A DNA stretch of 64,000 nucleotides. Source: Malacoraja senta (taxonomy: Eukaryota). Positions 42,501 to 51,796 of the stretch are shown in pieces; within the stretch, counting starts at the first letter, position 1; each line of letters starts with the position of its first letter. The translations under genes and the position numbers were made by a program. The stretch lies in contig CM075979.1 of assembly GCA_038087875.1 (NCBI GenBank), positions 38,316,001 through 38,380,000 on the forward strand. Direction: 5' to 3'. A model generated the notes under the pieces. The model did no database searches. It was not told the origin of the DNA and was given only the letters and a program-made list of their open reading frames with translations.

Positions 42501-43493
42501 ACCTGGTGTGCTGAAAAATCATTAATGGGCCTACATTACAAAACGATGCACTACTGAAAACTTCTTGAGGAGCAGGTTCCACAACTCCTGTCAACAATTA
42601 AAACACAACATCCCAACCCCACCACACCCATTTCAACACACACCTGTGCCAGTGAGCGTGTGACTTCCCATCATTGTTCTTCAGAAACAGATCTTCAATT
42701 CTCCTGAGTCCTGTTGCCCTTGACCTGGTGATGGAAATGACGGGTGCATTGAGCAGTGATTAATGAACTGACCTCTTGTTGCAGAGGCCGCTGTCGGCCA
42801 CAGCACCACTCGTTTGGCTTCCTTACACTGCCATCGACCAGCTCCTGCTGGCACTCGGAGAGAACCAGAGCAACATTAACAACGTACGGGTAAGTGAATT
42901 GGACTGAGTGAGGGTCGGTGGGGATTGTCGGGGAAACAGCAGCCCAAGAAATCTCCCAGGTTCAGCAGCCCTGCGTTTGTCTGTAGGCAGGGTGGGTTAT
43001 CTCCAAGATCTTCGGTTTCCTCCCTCACTCCAAAGACGTACAAGTTTGTAGGTTAATTGGCTTGGTAAATGTAAAAATTGTCCCTAGTGGGTGTCGGATA
43101 GTGTTAATGTGCGGGGATCGCTGGTCGGTGCGGACCCGGTGGGCCGAAGTGCCTGTTTCCTCACTGTATCTAAACTAAACAGGGTGGAGGTAAACCTCGG
43201 ACCTGGCTGTACTGCTCCCCATTCATTCCTACATGCAGCTTGCTTTGAATAAAGCTGCCCGGCTTGTGAAATCCCATGAGAGAATGTGTTATGCGTGATA
43301 CATTCTCGCCCTGACATGTTCGCCCCAGAGCATGGATGACGTACTGAACTGTACCTTGTGGGAGTGCCGAGAACGTAACAGGTTTCACCTTGTGTTTCCT
43401 CAGCTGCGGGAAAAGCTCGAGATGAAACTGGAGGACTACCACCTGCAGGTGGAACAGGCAACGCGCGACATGAACAGCTACCGCAGGCAGTAG
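1377..43493 (+). CDS. NUP160: Nuclear pore complex protein Nup160, 3' part (22 coding exons; 5' exons lie upstream of the window)
   Basis: Spliced exons give one open frame (2513 nt) with recognisable Nup160 motifs: PEKAAEQI, TRFLICRDLLILQQL, IFKHHLDLGHN, QLDCLRQLVVVLCER, ARAVDLMTHNYYELLYAFHI, GTVMFEYGMRLGREV, LLSHGVPLPNWL, WLPYTAIDQLL. All introns are GT-AG and phases match. Confidence 0.97.
2681..2793 (+). CDS. NUP160: NUP160 exon (ETHMELQSKLQDIRNP...EMDLEGDLESSN)
   Basis: atatag| acceptor, |gtaagg donor; inside ORF 2640..2897. Confidence 0.92.
2870..3383 (-). mobile_element. Penelope-like element 3' remnant with inverted terminal part
   Basis: pLTR-type sequence plus the end of GIY-YIG coding sequence; 15-bp TSD TAGCAGTACCTTTGT at 2855-2869 and 3384-3398. 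Confidence 0.8.
4105..4265 (+). CDS. NUP160: NUP160 exon (PPLHIRMNMAQFYGSN...RFLICRDLLILQQL)
   Basis: ttccag| acceptor, |gtaagt donor. Confidence 0.95.
4722..4858 (+). CDS. NUP160: NUP160 exon (VSLGAGGYLLQLQQEL...AVPVDT)
   Basis: cttcag| acceptor, |gtaagt donor. Confidence 0.93.
5538..5924. mobile_element. Tc1/mariner (Tigger/pogo-like) MITE
   Basis: TIR CAGGTCCACCA / TGGTGGACCTG flanked by TA; diverged inverted relative at about 42150-42520. Confidence 0.75.
5982..6052 (+). CDS. NUP160: NUP160 exon (ESNLRQLSVLELSDS)
   Basis: tttcag| acceptor, |gtaggt donor. Confidence 0.93.
8070..8229 (+). CDS. NUP160: NUP160 exon (SSLRTVVELFYQQVARKHIL...YLLQY)
   Basis: ttctag| acceptor; U12-type donor |GTATCCTTT. 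Confidence 0.94.
8516..9088 (-). mobile_element. Penelope-like element 3' fragment with GIY-YIG endonuclease, inserted in a V-SINE
   Basis: ORF 8753..9070: NLIYC..C..C..LYIDET.RRLGDRFAEH...HFNSPSH...RKLEEQHLIF...GMNIDF; SINE sequence interrupted at about 8515 resumes at about 9089. Confidence 0.88.
10212..10495 (-). mobile_element. tRNA-derived V-SINE
   Basis: Reverse copy of the same SINE with (taaac)n tail. Confidence 0.8.
10616..10685 (+). CDS. NUP160: NUP160 exon (WANNTSFLFPEFLMGHCQYVQLQ)
   Basis: attcag| acceptor, |gtaggt donor. Confidence 0.94.
11540..11850 (+). mobile_element. Rex1/Babar 3' fragment
   Basis: HPLH...RSTFSNRL...RSFFPVAIKLY-like coding; (tatcg)n tail. Confidence 0.7.
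12496..12594 (+). CDS. NUP160: NUP160 exon (EYVRLLQPWCEVNVGSRRFVLGQCYLATGEGYK)
   Basis: tttaag| acceptor, |gtaagg donor. Confidence 0.95.
13931..14050 (+). CDS. NUP160: NUP160 exon (ALECF...EEFLDRLIR...YYNK)
   Basis: ttccag| acceptor, |gtgtgt donor. Confidence 0.95.
15500..16430 (+). mobile_element. Degenerate Penelope-like fragment (linker, GIY-YIG, pLTR)
   Basis: ORF 15417..15917 has LRNPLVHSSLP, FQCNRRRC, QVKQRFTCTSSN. Confidence 0.8.
16471..16566 (+). CDS. NUP160: NUP160 exon (VLRLLEDMGLPELVLQL...DDWKIL)
   Basis: tcctag| acceptor, |gtgtgt donor. Confidence 0.94.
17374..17523. mobile_element. Truncated Harbinger-type MITE
   Basis: Right TIR AAGTGGGACAGGCCCT+TTA as in the 47781 element; left TIR partial; CpG-rich. 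Confidence 0.7.
17998..18180. mobile_element. Penelope pLTR-derived mini-element with inverted end
   Basis: Same pLTR sequence; agacacaaaatgctggag...ctccaacattttgtgtct inverted repeats. Confidence 0.8.
18901..18995 (+). CDS. NUP160: NUP160 exon (AMLWTKIFKHHLDLGHNHQAYESLTQNPDTS)
   Basis: ctccag| acceptor, |gtgaga donor. Confidence 0.95.
19870..20139 (+). mobile_element. tRNA-derived V-SINE (HE1-like)
   Basis: A box TGGCACAGCGG, B box GGTTCGATCC, V-domain tggagtttgtacgttct, CR1-like tail. Confidence 0.85.
20772..20868 (+). CDS. NUP160: NUP160 exon (QLDCLRQLVVVLCERYQLQDLVEFPYINLHDQ)
   Basis: ctgcag| acceptor, |gtatgc donor. Confidence 0.96.
21242..21347 (+). CDS. NUP160: NUP160 exon (VVGIIESRARAVDLMTHNYYELLYAFHIQRHNFRK)
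   Basis: ttccag| acceptor, |gtaaag donor. Confidence 0.96.
21866..22250 (-). mobile_element. RTE-clade LINE 3' remnant
   Basis: Degenerate RFKDSLK..WEQAA.NR..W-like coding and a (CAA)n tail. Confidence 0.6.
22635..22830 (+). mobile_element. CR1-type LINE 3' end
   Basis: gatcagccatgat...ggcctactcctgcacct tail; similar fragments near 27378-27650, 29180-29640, 38850-39385, 45685-45915, 56060-56720 and 61880-62075. Confidence 0.8.
23140..23455 (-). mobile_element. tRNA-derived V-SINE
   Basis: Reverse copy with B box ggttcgatcc and V-domain. Confidence 0.8.
23846..24006 (+). CDS. NUP160: NUP160 exon (GTVMFEYGMRLGREV...IRPEYAWIVRP)
   Basis: ccccag| acceptor, |gtatga donor. Confidence 0.96.
25358..25418 (+). 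CDS. NUP160: NUP160 exon (YERPGASPKRSHDGE)
   Basis: caacag| acceptor, |gtgaga donor. Confidence 0.94.
26618..26728 (+). CDS. NUP160: NUP160 exon (RQIDIVELKDLEKEY...HDPSSAAVA)
   Basis: ttccag| acceptor, |gtaaga donor. Confidence 0.94.
27871..28720 (-). mobile_element. GC-rich non-coding retroelement with Rex1/Babar-like head and tail
   Basis: 5' gtggcggcgc..gcagcggctc resembles the head of the 35590 LINE; 3' aatttcg...aatgacaataaa+(aatc)n; 13-bp hairpin at 28007-28041. Confidence 0.7.
29887..30010 (+). CDS. NUP160: NUP160 exon (NASAEEIVSLLVQVGLFDTAISLCQTFKL...)
   Basis: ctgcag| acceptor, |gtaagt donor. Confidence 0.95.
30325..30880 (+). mobile_element. Degenerate Rex1/Babar 3' fragment
   Basis: FLGVNI...LSW and CAVESILLGSITAWF-like remnants similar to ORF 37808..38536. 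Confidence 0.7.
31480..32278 (-). mobile_element. Degenerate Penelope-like fragment (GIY-YIG)
   Basis: ORFs 31842..32150 (VANHFNSPSHSHTDLSVLGL, EHLIF) and 32039..32302 (FQVRQRFT). Confidence 0.8.
31730..31875 (+). mobile_element. Second copy of the ~140-bp HDV-ribozyme-headed retroelement, inserted in a Penelope-like fragment
   Basis: Colinear with 55528-55666; flanking GGAGTGGGAG repeats at 31720-31729 and 31876-31885. Confidence 0.8.
32532..32633 (+). CDS. NUP160: NUP160 exon (CIKLQFNGEATQAAAWDWLKTNQ...TKES)
   Basis: tttcag| acceptor, |gtacat donor. Confidence 0.95.
   Translation: MHQTAVQWRGHTGGCLGLAENKSDAIRGCNKGV
34197..34338 (+). CDS. NUP160: NUP160 exon (ATNEAWRLLSAYL...LLSHGVPLPNWLANNYK)
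   Basis: atttag| acceptor, |gtaaaa donor. Confidence 0.95.
35590..38737 (+). mobile_element. Full-length Rex1/Babar-type non-LTR retrotransposon (APE + RT, two frameshifts)
   Basis: ORFs 35598..36527 (APE: NARSL, ITETWL, GGG, AGDFNH), 36454..37896 (RT: DYRPVAL, DYSSAFN, GSPQG, KFADDT) and 37808..38536; tail aatgacaataaa+(attc)n; possible CACAT TSD; sits inside a CR1 fragment. Confidence 0.92.
39498..39543. repeat. (TG)n(CG)n(CA)n microsatellite (self-complementary)
   Basis: Direct reading. Confidence 0.9.
39979..40190. repeat. Degenerate tandem repeat (about 6 units: tactYtRca.gagtggcctgtcc + (TG)n)
   Basis: Visible periodic units just upstream of the 40255 exon. Confidence 0.75.
40255..40380 (+). 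CDS. NUP160: NUP160 exon (KMDMAGLLRLYLYYDLLEEAVDLV...GHQYFGIE)
   Basis: aaccag| acceptor, |gtaagc donor. Confidence 0.95.
42150..42520 (-). mobile_element. Diverged relative of the 5538-5924 MITE
   Basis: Shares tgcgctctcg.aattttgt.tggattaaagg and internal blocks in reverse orientation. Confidence 0.65.
42785..42889 (+). CDS. NUP160: NUP160 exon (RPLSATAPLVWLPYTAIDQLLLALGEN...)
   Basis: ttgcag| acceptor, |gtaagt donor. Confidence 0.95.
42995..43178 (+). mobile_element. V-SINE 3' part
   Basis: Matches the 3' half of the 19870 SINE. Confidence 0.75.
43404..43493 (+). CDS. NUP160: NUP160 last coding exon (LREKLEMKLEDYHLQVEQATRDMNSYRRQ*)
   Basis: cctcag| acceptor; tandem TAG TAG stop at 43491-43496. 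Confidence 0.93.
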   Translation: MREKLEMKLEDYHLQVEQATRDMNSYRRQ

Positions 43494-44165
43494 TAGTTCT
43501 CCAAAACCCATCCCCGAGGCTCTATGATGAACAATGTCAATGGCGCCCTCTAGGTGAGCCAGCGCTGCCCTCTGGACGGCCTTGTGTGCCTCTATGCAAT
43601 TGTGGTCAACACAAATGACTCCTCATGCCATTTATATGTACATACAACTGCAGCTTTTAAAAATAATGTCCAAATCGTCAGCCTGTGTAGTCTGACCACC
43701 TGACAGGGTAGAGGGTGGACTTCTATCGACCATGTAACTGCCGCTCAGACTCTGTAGCTGGGCTTGGAACGTTGGCTCCCTGGAGTTCCCTGGGTGACTC
43801 AACAGCAAGAAGGAGGGAATCCAGAAACTCCGTCCCTGTGTCTCAGAGAAGGAGGCTCTCAGGAGATCTCTGGGTAGTGGAGGGGGCTCACAAGACTCTT
43901 GAGTCTGTATTCTGGGCATGGAGCCTTGGAGCCCTCTGGCTGATTCTCAATCAGAGACAGAAACGTGCTGTGGGTGACTCTCTAATCACGGTATTATGAT
44001 GAGGGTGATTCCCAGCAGCTTGTTTTTTTGTAATGGTGGGGGCGGTGAGCAAGGGCAGCCTCCAGAGCCCGCTCGACTGACAATTACTTTTTTCTACTGT
44101 ACATGATTGCTGAAGATTTACCTTTTTGAGGTTTTTATTTATTGGAATTTTTTCCAATCGCCTTT

Positions 44166-44171
44166 AATAAA
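44166..44171 (+). terminator. Probable NUP160 polyadenylation signal AATAAA
   Basis: AATAAA about 670 nt after the stop codon, with U-rich flanks. Confidence 0.7.
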
Positions 44172-45100
44172 ATAAGAACATTCTATTTGTTCCTCACTTG
44201 CAATTTTTCCACGGAAAAGCAGCATTCCCACTGATTGATGCTGAAATAGGTGTGGCTGTTTCTCCACATTGAAAACTGTGGGGCAGGAAAATGATTGCCT
44301 CAGCATTGCGTCAGAGCTTTGAGGGACTTGAGGAGTCTAGTCCAAAGCCAACGTGGACCAGATGCTCGCAGGACAGCTGTTGAAACTTATAGACAACATG
44401 GTCTTTGGTGTAAACCAGTAACCAACTGGGTCTTGGGCCACACAGATCAGTACAGTGTAGGAACAGGCTCTTCAGCTCACCATGTCTGCACCAACCTTGA
44501 AGCCAATCTATTCTCATCAATGCACAAGATCCATATCCCTCTATTCCCTGCCCATTCACATGCCTGTTTTAATGCCTCTTAAATGTTCCTGTTGTGTCTG
44601 CCACCTTTCCCTGGCGCCATGTTCCAGGTGCCTACCTTATATTAAAAAAACTTGCCTTGTAAACTCCTTTAAACTTTTTCCTTTGACCTTAAATCTATGC
44701 TCCACAGTTTGACCTTTCACCTGAGTAAAATATTCTGACCATCTACCCTCTCAATATCATAAATGTATAAAGTTTTGTTAAGTTTTCAACTCTCCAATCC
44801 ATGTTTGCCCAACCTCTCCATATGCACTCTAATCCACCAGGAGTGCTCCATCCTGGTAAACCTCTTCTGCTCCCTCTCTGAATCCTCCACATCTGTCCTG
44901 TAATGGGGTGACTAGACCTGTGCCGATTTCATTTTGTCAATTTGCTCCAGAAAACCCTTGCATGCCATCAGTCAGCAAGTGGTGCTTTCCAGAGGTCGAT
45001 TAATGCCTCAATGCAGCACCGCTTTTGATTTGACAGAAACAATAAGCTAGCATGTTCTGCTGGCTATGACTGTGATCTCCAGTGTGCAATAGACTCCTGG

Positions 45101-45284
45101 GTACACAAAAATGCTGGAGAAACTCAGCGGGTGCAGCAGCATCTATGGAGCGAAGGAAATAGGCAACGTTTCGGCCTGAAACGTTGCCTATTTCCTTCGC
45201 TCCATAGATGCTGCTGCACCCGCTGTGTTTCTCCAGCATTTTTGTGTACCTGGGATTTTCCAGCATCTGCAGTTCCTTCTTAAA
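45101..45284. mobile_element. Penelope pLTR-derived palindromic mini-element
   Basis: 73-bp inverted arms; TSD TGCAAT(A/G)GACTCCTGG at 45085-45100 and 45285-45300. Confidence 0.85.
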
Positions 45285-47780
45285 TGCAATGGACTCCTGG
45301 TATGGTTTCCATGTGTGCATTCTTCCCAACCTCTTATGGCAACCTGCAAGAGTTTGAAATCTCCCAGCATGGTTGGATGGTGAGGAGAACCACCGCCCTG
45401 TGTTAGCTATTCTTTAAACATATGGGAGTAAAAGTGACAGGAATATGGAGCCGTCATTAGTCTGCTTGTGCAGAACTGGGAGATGCCACCACAATTACAC
45501 TGACTCTGGTGAACACAGTGAAAGGTAATACCTACTGTCTTCATCAGGCCTTCATTACTATATACCCTGATACAAAGGGTTAAACTGAACCTTATTTGGA
45601 GATTCACAAGAGATTTTTCTAATTCGAGTAAGTCCGGTTCTCTGTCTCAGTCCACCTCTCTACCCAGTGCGTCAATGTTCATAAATTCATGTGATAGGAG
45701 CAGAATCAGGCCATTCAGCCCATCAAGTCTACACCATTCAACCACAGCTGATCTATCTTTCCCTCTCAACCGCATTCTCCTGCCTTCTCCCCATAACCCC
45801 TGATACCCGTACTAATCAAGAATCTATCTATCTCTGCCTTAAAAATATCAATTGATGGCCTCCACTGCTTTCTGTGGCAATGAATTCCACAGATTCACCA
45901 CCCTCAGACCAAAGAAATGTATTGTGAAGTGCATCATTTCCTGCTGCACATGTTACTGTGGTGTGAATACTGATCATTGATAACAATCACTGAAAACTTT
46001 CAACCATTGTTCACAAGCACAGGGTGAAAAGAAGTGATATTTACTGTGATGGTTCGAGTGCTTTAAGCACAGTGCCCTTGTGGAGAAGCATTCGGGTAAC
46101 AGGAGCAGAGATTAATTAATTGATGTGTTATAACCAGAGCAGGTGGACCTGCAAGAGGAAAGGTTGAAATGTCTCACCTGTGGTTATGGGTGGGTAGTTG
46201 AGTTTTCAGTGGTTGTTATCAATGATCAGTACTCTCACTGTAGTAACTTGGTGTGTAGGATGGGTGGCATGATTTGCTTGTTTGTGCAGGATATTTATGA
46301 GAACTGCCTCCCCCATGAGGACTTAGCCCAGCAGAAAGATTAAGCTCTTGAGTTAAACGGGAACATTCCCCCTCAATTCCCCCTTCCCCCTCCTGGTCAT
46401 GTTGGTGTTCTTCCTGGCCTAGGGGCTATTCCTCAGGTACCAGCTGTTGGATGGAAGTCTCTACATGAGGAGAAACCCGTCCCAGCCAGGAAGTCACCAG
46501 GGTTCTTCAAGCCAACAGTGCTGGCACATCCCAGCACACAGACCGTTCGTAACCTGTTCTTTACCGAGATCAAAATGTACCAGGTCATCCTTGTCTGCAT
46601 AGAGCATAGGTGACCTCTGCACTGCAAGCTGACCTCTGAGCAACAAACGGACATGAGGCAGGAATGATCCAGAGGACAGGAATTTGCAGGTACTGCTCAC
46701 CCTGACCTCCACCAAGAGAGCGTTCCAGACATAGGAGTGTGGCACACCATCATCCCACAGATGGGGAACTGCAGATGCTGGAATCACCTGTGGAGCAAAA
46801 GGGAAGATTGGTGTTTTGGGCTGAGCCTCTCTGGAAGAAGGGAGTAAGACAGGGACTGGTGGGTTAAAATGGACACAAAGTGCAGCATCTCTGGAGAAAA
46901 GGGATGGGTTGACATTTTGGGTCGGAACCCTTCCTCAAACTGCCCAGCTGCAGGAGGGGGTGGAGGTGGGTAGGAGTGTGATGGAAAGATGGAGCCAGGT
47001 GGAGAGTGTAAAGATAGAGAATCATGGCTGATCAACATGGGGACGGAAATGTCCAGTAATGGCAGAGGGGGTGAGGAGGGAACCAAGGTGCATTGGGTGG
47101 GCTGGTCGGAGTGGGAAACGAACAGGGTAAGTGCTCGGTAGTCTATTTGCCTGGTTCCATCCGCACATATCATCTCCCCCCCCACCCCGGCCATACTCAT
47201 CTGCTTAGGTTTCGAAGACACTTTGGTGCCTTTCCCTCACGGTGGAGAGTGTCGACTCTGCTGTGGGGGGATGTTCATGTTGAATCTCTAAATAGTGTGT
47301 CGTGTCTTTTTTATTCTACCTTTTTATTTTTATTTATATGGTTTATTGTCTGTAAAGCGCTTTGGTTTCAGTAATCTGATTGAAAGGCGCTATATAAATA
47401 AACTTACTTTACTTTACTTACTTTAAGTTGGTTCATCCTTCTTGTTCCCTCCCCACTGAATCCTCCCATTAATCCCCACCCCCATATCTGGTTCTACATA
47501 TCACCCACTAGTCTCTGTCTTCGATCTCTCCAGTTATTGTAAGCCTTAATCTTGTTGATGTACATATATTGCTCATCAGAGTTTCAGATGATGTCTTCTG
47601 TTGTGGGATAAAGGATTGTGCCACGTGGAGATGTGTACCTCCTGTACCATTGACTCTGACCCTTCCTCAATTGCCCACAGCCTCCAGTGATTGAGTGCAA
47701 CTGGTAATGTCACCCTGCAGCAAGGAATCCCTCTAGTGCAACCATGAATGTTCTGAAGCTCCCAAATAAATCACAAGTTA

Positions 47781-49215
47781 AGGGCCTGTCCCACTTTCAC
47801 GACCTAATTCACGACCTTTTTTACTCGTGGACATTTTTCATCATGTTGAAAAAACGCCCCGACCTACTTGATGCCACAAGTACCTACGACTAGCATCACG
47901 ACCTACCTACGACCTCCTACGACCTTGCGACGCCCATGCTGCGAGTATGTGTCACGGGCAAACTCGGCAGAGGTCGTGAATTCTCTGCCACAGAGGGTGG
48001 TTGATTGGCTATATTTAAGTCAAGTCAAGGCACATTTATTTATATAGCACATTTAAAAAACAACTCTCGTTGGCCAAAGTGCTTTACATTTGTTATAAGA
48101 ATAGCACAACAAAACAAACTACATACATATATACATGTAGCCCTCACTCAGAGGACGTCAGGAAAGGCATGGGAGTATAGATAAGTCTTTAGTCTTGACT
48201 TAAAAGAGTTGATGGAGGGGGTGGTTCTGATGGGAAAGGGGATGCTGTTCCACAGTCTAGGGGCTGCAACCGCAAAGGCGCGGTCGCCCCTGAGCTTATG
48301 CCTAGACCGTGGGATATTCAGCAACCCTAAGTCGGCCGATCTGAGGGGCCTGGAGGTGGAGTGGTGGGTGAGAAGACTTTTTATGTAGGTGGGGGCAAGC
48401 CCATTGAGGGCTTTGTAGACATGGAGGAGGATCTTGAAGTTTATACGGAACCGCACAGGGAGCCAGTGGAGAGAGGCCAGGATCGGGGTGATGTGGTCCC
48501 TTTTTCGGGTGCCCGTCAGGAGTCTCGCTGCGGCGTTTTGGACCAGTTGCAGGCGGGACAGGGAAGATTGGCTGATGCCAGTGTAAAGGGAGTTGCAGTA
48601 ATCTAGGCGGGGGGAGATGAATGTGTGGATGATCTTTTCCAGGTCATCAAACTGGAGGAATTGTTTTATTTTAGCTATCGTCCGAAGCTGAAAGAAGCTA
48701 GCTTTTACCACGGCATTGACTTGTTTGTCAAATTTCAGTGCTGAGTCAAATATCACGCCAAGGTTTGAGTAGTGGGGTAAGGCTTCCAAGGCTGCCTGCT
48801 ATAATTTTGATTGAGTCCGAGGGGCCGAGAAGGATGATCTCAGACTTTCGTTTAGTTGGAGGAAGTTCTGGGCCATCCAACACTTTATATCCTCGAGGCA
48901 GTGGGTAAGGTTAAACTGATTTGATTGGTTTTTGGGCTTCAGTGGGAGATAGAGTTGTGTATCGTCTGTGTAGCAATGGAAGGAAATGCCGTGCCTTTCA
49001 ATGACTTGGCCTAAGGGGAGCATATACAGGGAGGGAGTTAGATGTGGCCCTTGTGGCTAAAGGGATCAGCGGGTATGGAGAGAAGGCAGGTACAGGATAC
49101 TGAGTTGGATGATCAGCCATGATCATATTGAATGGTGGTGCAGGCTCGAATGGCCTACTCCTGCACCTATTTTCTATGTTTCTATGAATTCGGTCGTGAA
49201 AGTGGGACAGGCCCT
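47781..49215. mobile_element. PIF/Harbinger-type MITE containing nested CR1 and L2 insertions
   Basis: 24-bp TIR AGGGCCTGTCCCACTTTCACGACC at both ends; TTA TSD at 47778-47780 and 49216-49218. Confidence 0.85.
48017..49030 (-). mobile_element. L2-clade LINE 3' fragment (RT C-terminus)
   Basis: ORFs 48799..49023 (FHCYTDDTQLY) and 48148..48789 (RLDYCNSL, LVQNAAAR, LHWLPV); L2-type tail. Confidence 0.9.
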
Positions 49216-50144
49216 TTAGTCAAGAAAGCTGCTGCTGCTGCCTCACCACTCCAGAGGCCCAGGTCCTGACCTCGGATGCAATCTGTATGGAGTTTGCATA
49301 ATCCTGTGAGCATGTGGGTTTTTTCCGTAGTGCTCAATTTTCATCCCGCATCCCAAAATTGTGCAGATTGATAGTTTAATTGACTGCTGTAAATCTTCCG
49401 CACCAATGGTTGGGTCAGGGTGAACCTCCCAAACAGCATGGAATAGGCCATTTGGCCCAATGTCCACTGAACAAACTACCTCTGGCAGCTAGTCCTGTTT
49501 GGCCCATGTCTTAACCTGTTCTATCCATGTTACTGTCCAACTGTCTTCCATTCTCATTGTACCCGCCTCTACACATTCTACAGCACCTCGTTTCACATAC
49601 CCACCACCCAATGTGTGAAAAACTTTCCCTCTCACCTTAAACATATGCTCTAATTTTAGACTCCCCTTCCACCTTGAGTTTTAAGAACCTCTAAGATCAT
49701 CCTTCACTCCATAAATTAGTGTCAGCCTATCCAGTCACTCCTTGTAACTCAAACCCTTCATTTCCAGCAACATCCTTGTCAATGATTTCTGCACCCTCTC
49801 TAATCACATCATTACATAGCAACTGGAATTGTATTCAATATTCCAACTCTTATACCCCAACCAATGAAGGCAAGCATGTCCTGTGGCATTGTTACCACCC
49901 TGGCTACATTTTATCATTTCCACCAAACGATGTACAATGTACCCTTTGATAATCTAGAACACTCCCCCTCTGCCATTCACGTCCCGCCGCTTCACTTCTT
50001 TTTCAGTTAAATTCTATCTGCCATTTATTTACACACTTTCCCAGTTGATCTTAATCCTGCTACCATCTTTACTGTCCACTGTACCATCAAATTGTGCCAT
50101 CAACAATCCAAATTAATATAACCGTGCGCAAAGTTAGATTATGG

Positions 50145-50712
50145 GCACTTTCCCTTGCAACCGCAGGAGATGCTACACTTGTCGCTTTACCTCCCCCCTC
50201 GACTCCATTCAAGGACCCAAGCATGTGACAGGTGTCCACCTGCACCTCCTCCAACCTCGTCTATTGCATCTGCTGCTCTAGATGTTAGCTAATCTACATC
50301 GGTGAGACCAAGCGTAGGCTTGGCGATCGTTTCGCCGAATACCTCCGCTCGGTCCGCATTAACCAACCTGATCTCCCTGTGGCTCAGCACTTCAACTCCC
50401 CCTCCCATTCCGAATCCGACCTTTCTGTCCTGGGCCTCCTCCATGGCCAGAGTGAGCAACACCTCATATTCCGCTTGGGCAGTCTGCACCCCAGCAGCTT
50501 GGACATTGACTTCTCCAATTTCCGGTAGCCCTTGTTGTCTCCTCCCCTTCCCAGCTATCCCATAGCCCTCTGGCTCCTCCTCTTTCTTTCTTCTTCCAGC
50601 CCCCCCACCCTGCATCAGTCTGAAGAAGGGTTTCGGCCCGAAACGTTGCCTATTTCCTTCGCTCCATAGATGCTGCCGCACCCTCTGAGTTTCTCAAGCA
50701 CTTTTGTCTACC
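50145..50712 (+). mobile_element. Penelope-like 3' fragment (GIY-YIG + pLTR with hammerhead-like core at 50620-50647)
   Basis: Encodes SNLVYCI...IYIGETKRRLGDRFAE...HFNSPSH; CTGAAGA-hairpin-GAAACGTT downstream. Confidence 0.88.
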
Positions 50713-50985
50713 TTAGGTTATGATCAAGCAGTTTTGCAGCAGCAGCTGAGCCACAGTAGTTCATGAAAACCTGGTCTTGAGTTGACATGTTCAGCAGTGC
50801 CAGGACAGCTTTTGCTGTAGATACTCTGAACATTACCAGCATGAGACAGGTCAAACAGTATTTCATTTTGTGTTGGTTCTTCATCTTCCACAGGCCAACA
50901 ATGTGACAATACCCTCATCACCATTACTCTGAACCCTCTTCAGTTTCCATAACCACACAAAAAAAACTTTTACCAAAAAAGGTTT

Positions 50986-50991
50986 TTTATT
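50986..50991 (-). terminator. Probable CD59 polyadenylation signal AATAAA
   Basis: AATAAA on the minus strand about 590 nt past the stop, followed by a U/GU-rich tract. Confidence 0.7.
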
Positions 50992-51578
50992 TATAATCAA
51001 TAATTGCAAAGTACAAAAGCATCAGTAAAGTATATACATGTCACTTTACCCCATCTGTCATCGGGTGCAAATTACTCAGCAACAAAGCCATCATTAGTTT
51101 CTGCTTGCATCTTGAGCATTAGACCAGACCAGATTGTTATCTGGAAGCAGCATCTTAATCTGTCTTGCGCATATTAGCCTTGGGCTGGGTTAGGTAATGC
51201 AAGGGGGTTGGAGAATTGAAGACATGGGATGCATCGAATGTGTTAGATATGCATTCATTGGCACAGGTCCAGGTCGGGCAAGAGTAACCATTTGCACAGT
51301 AGCTGCAAGGTTTAATACTCTGGTTTAATCTCCAGTGCAGTGGTTTTAGAAGATGACAGAACCTATCAAATGCCAGTTGAAATGAGCAGTGACCCCAATC
51401 TTCTGGAGGGAATGTGCTCCGTCTTTTGGAGGGGGGAGGGGGGGGGGGTTGAAATGAGTGCAATACAAAGACCACAGACATTTAGTGGGTAACCCAAGGA
51501 AGTACAGCTCGTGGCATTCAGGACAATCCTTCCTTCCTTAAACGGTGAACAGAGGATGTACAGGAACGAGGGATGTTT

Positions 51579-51796
51579 TCAGCTTTGGGACCAGCACAGA
51601 TGCAGACTGGTAAAAGCGGAGAGCAGACCCAGCAGATAGATGTGTGCGACTGGTCCAGGCTCCACACCGCTCTTGGAGTTGCACAAGTTCAAGCTGCAGC
51701 AGCTAAGTGTCAATCCCGACTCGATATTGAACCCCGCCTGCACGTCCTTGTTGTTACACTTTCTCTTGGTCCAGCAGCGGCGGAAGAAATGATTGT
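51579..51796 (-). CDS. CD59: CD59 last exon, C-terminal LU half plus GPI signal
   Basis: cctgcaag| acceptor; RRCW...CCSLNLCN; TGA at 51579-51581. Confidence 0.9.

Noticed and set aside
50724-50924. ORF with CW and CCC as a second Ly6 exon
   Set aside because: Cys spacing is wrong, there is no terminal CN motif or GPI tail, and it lies past the CD59 poly(A) signal.
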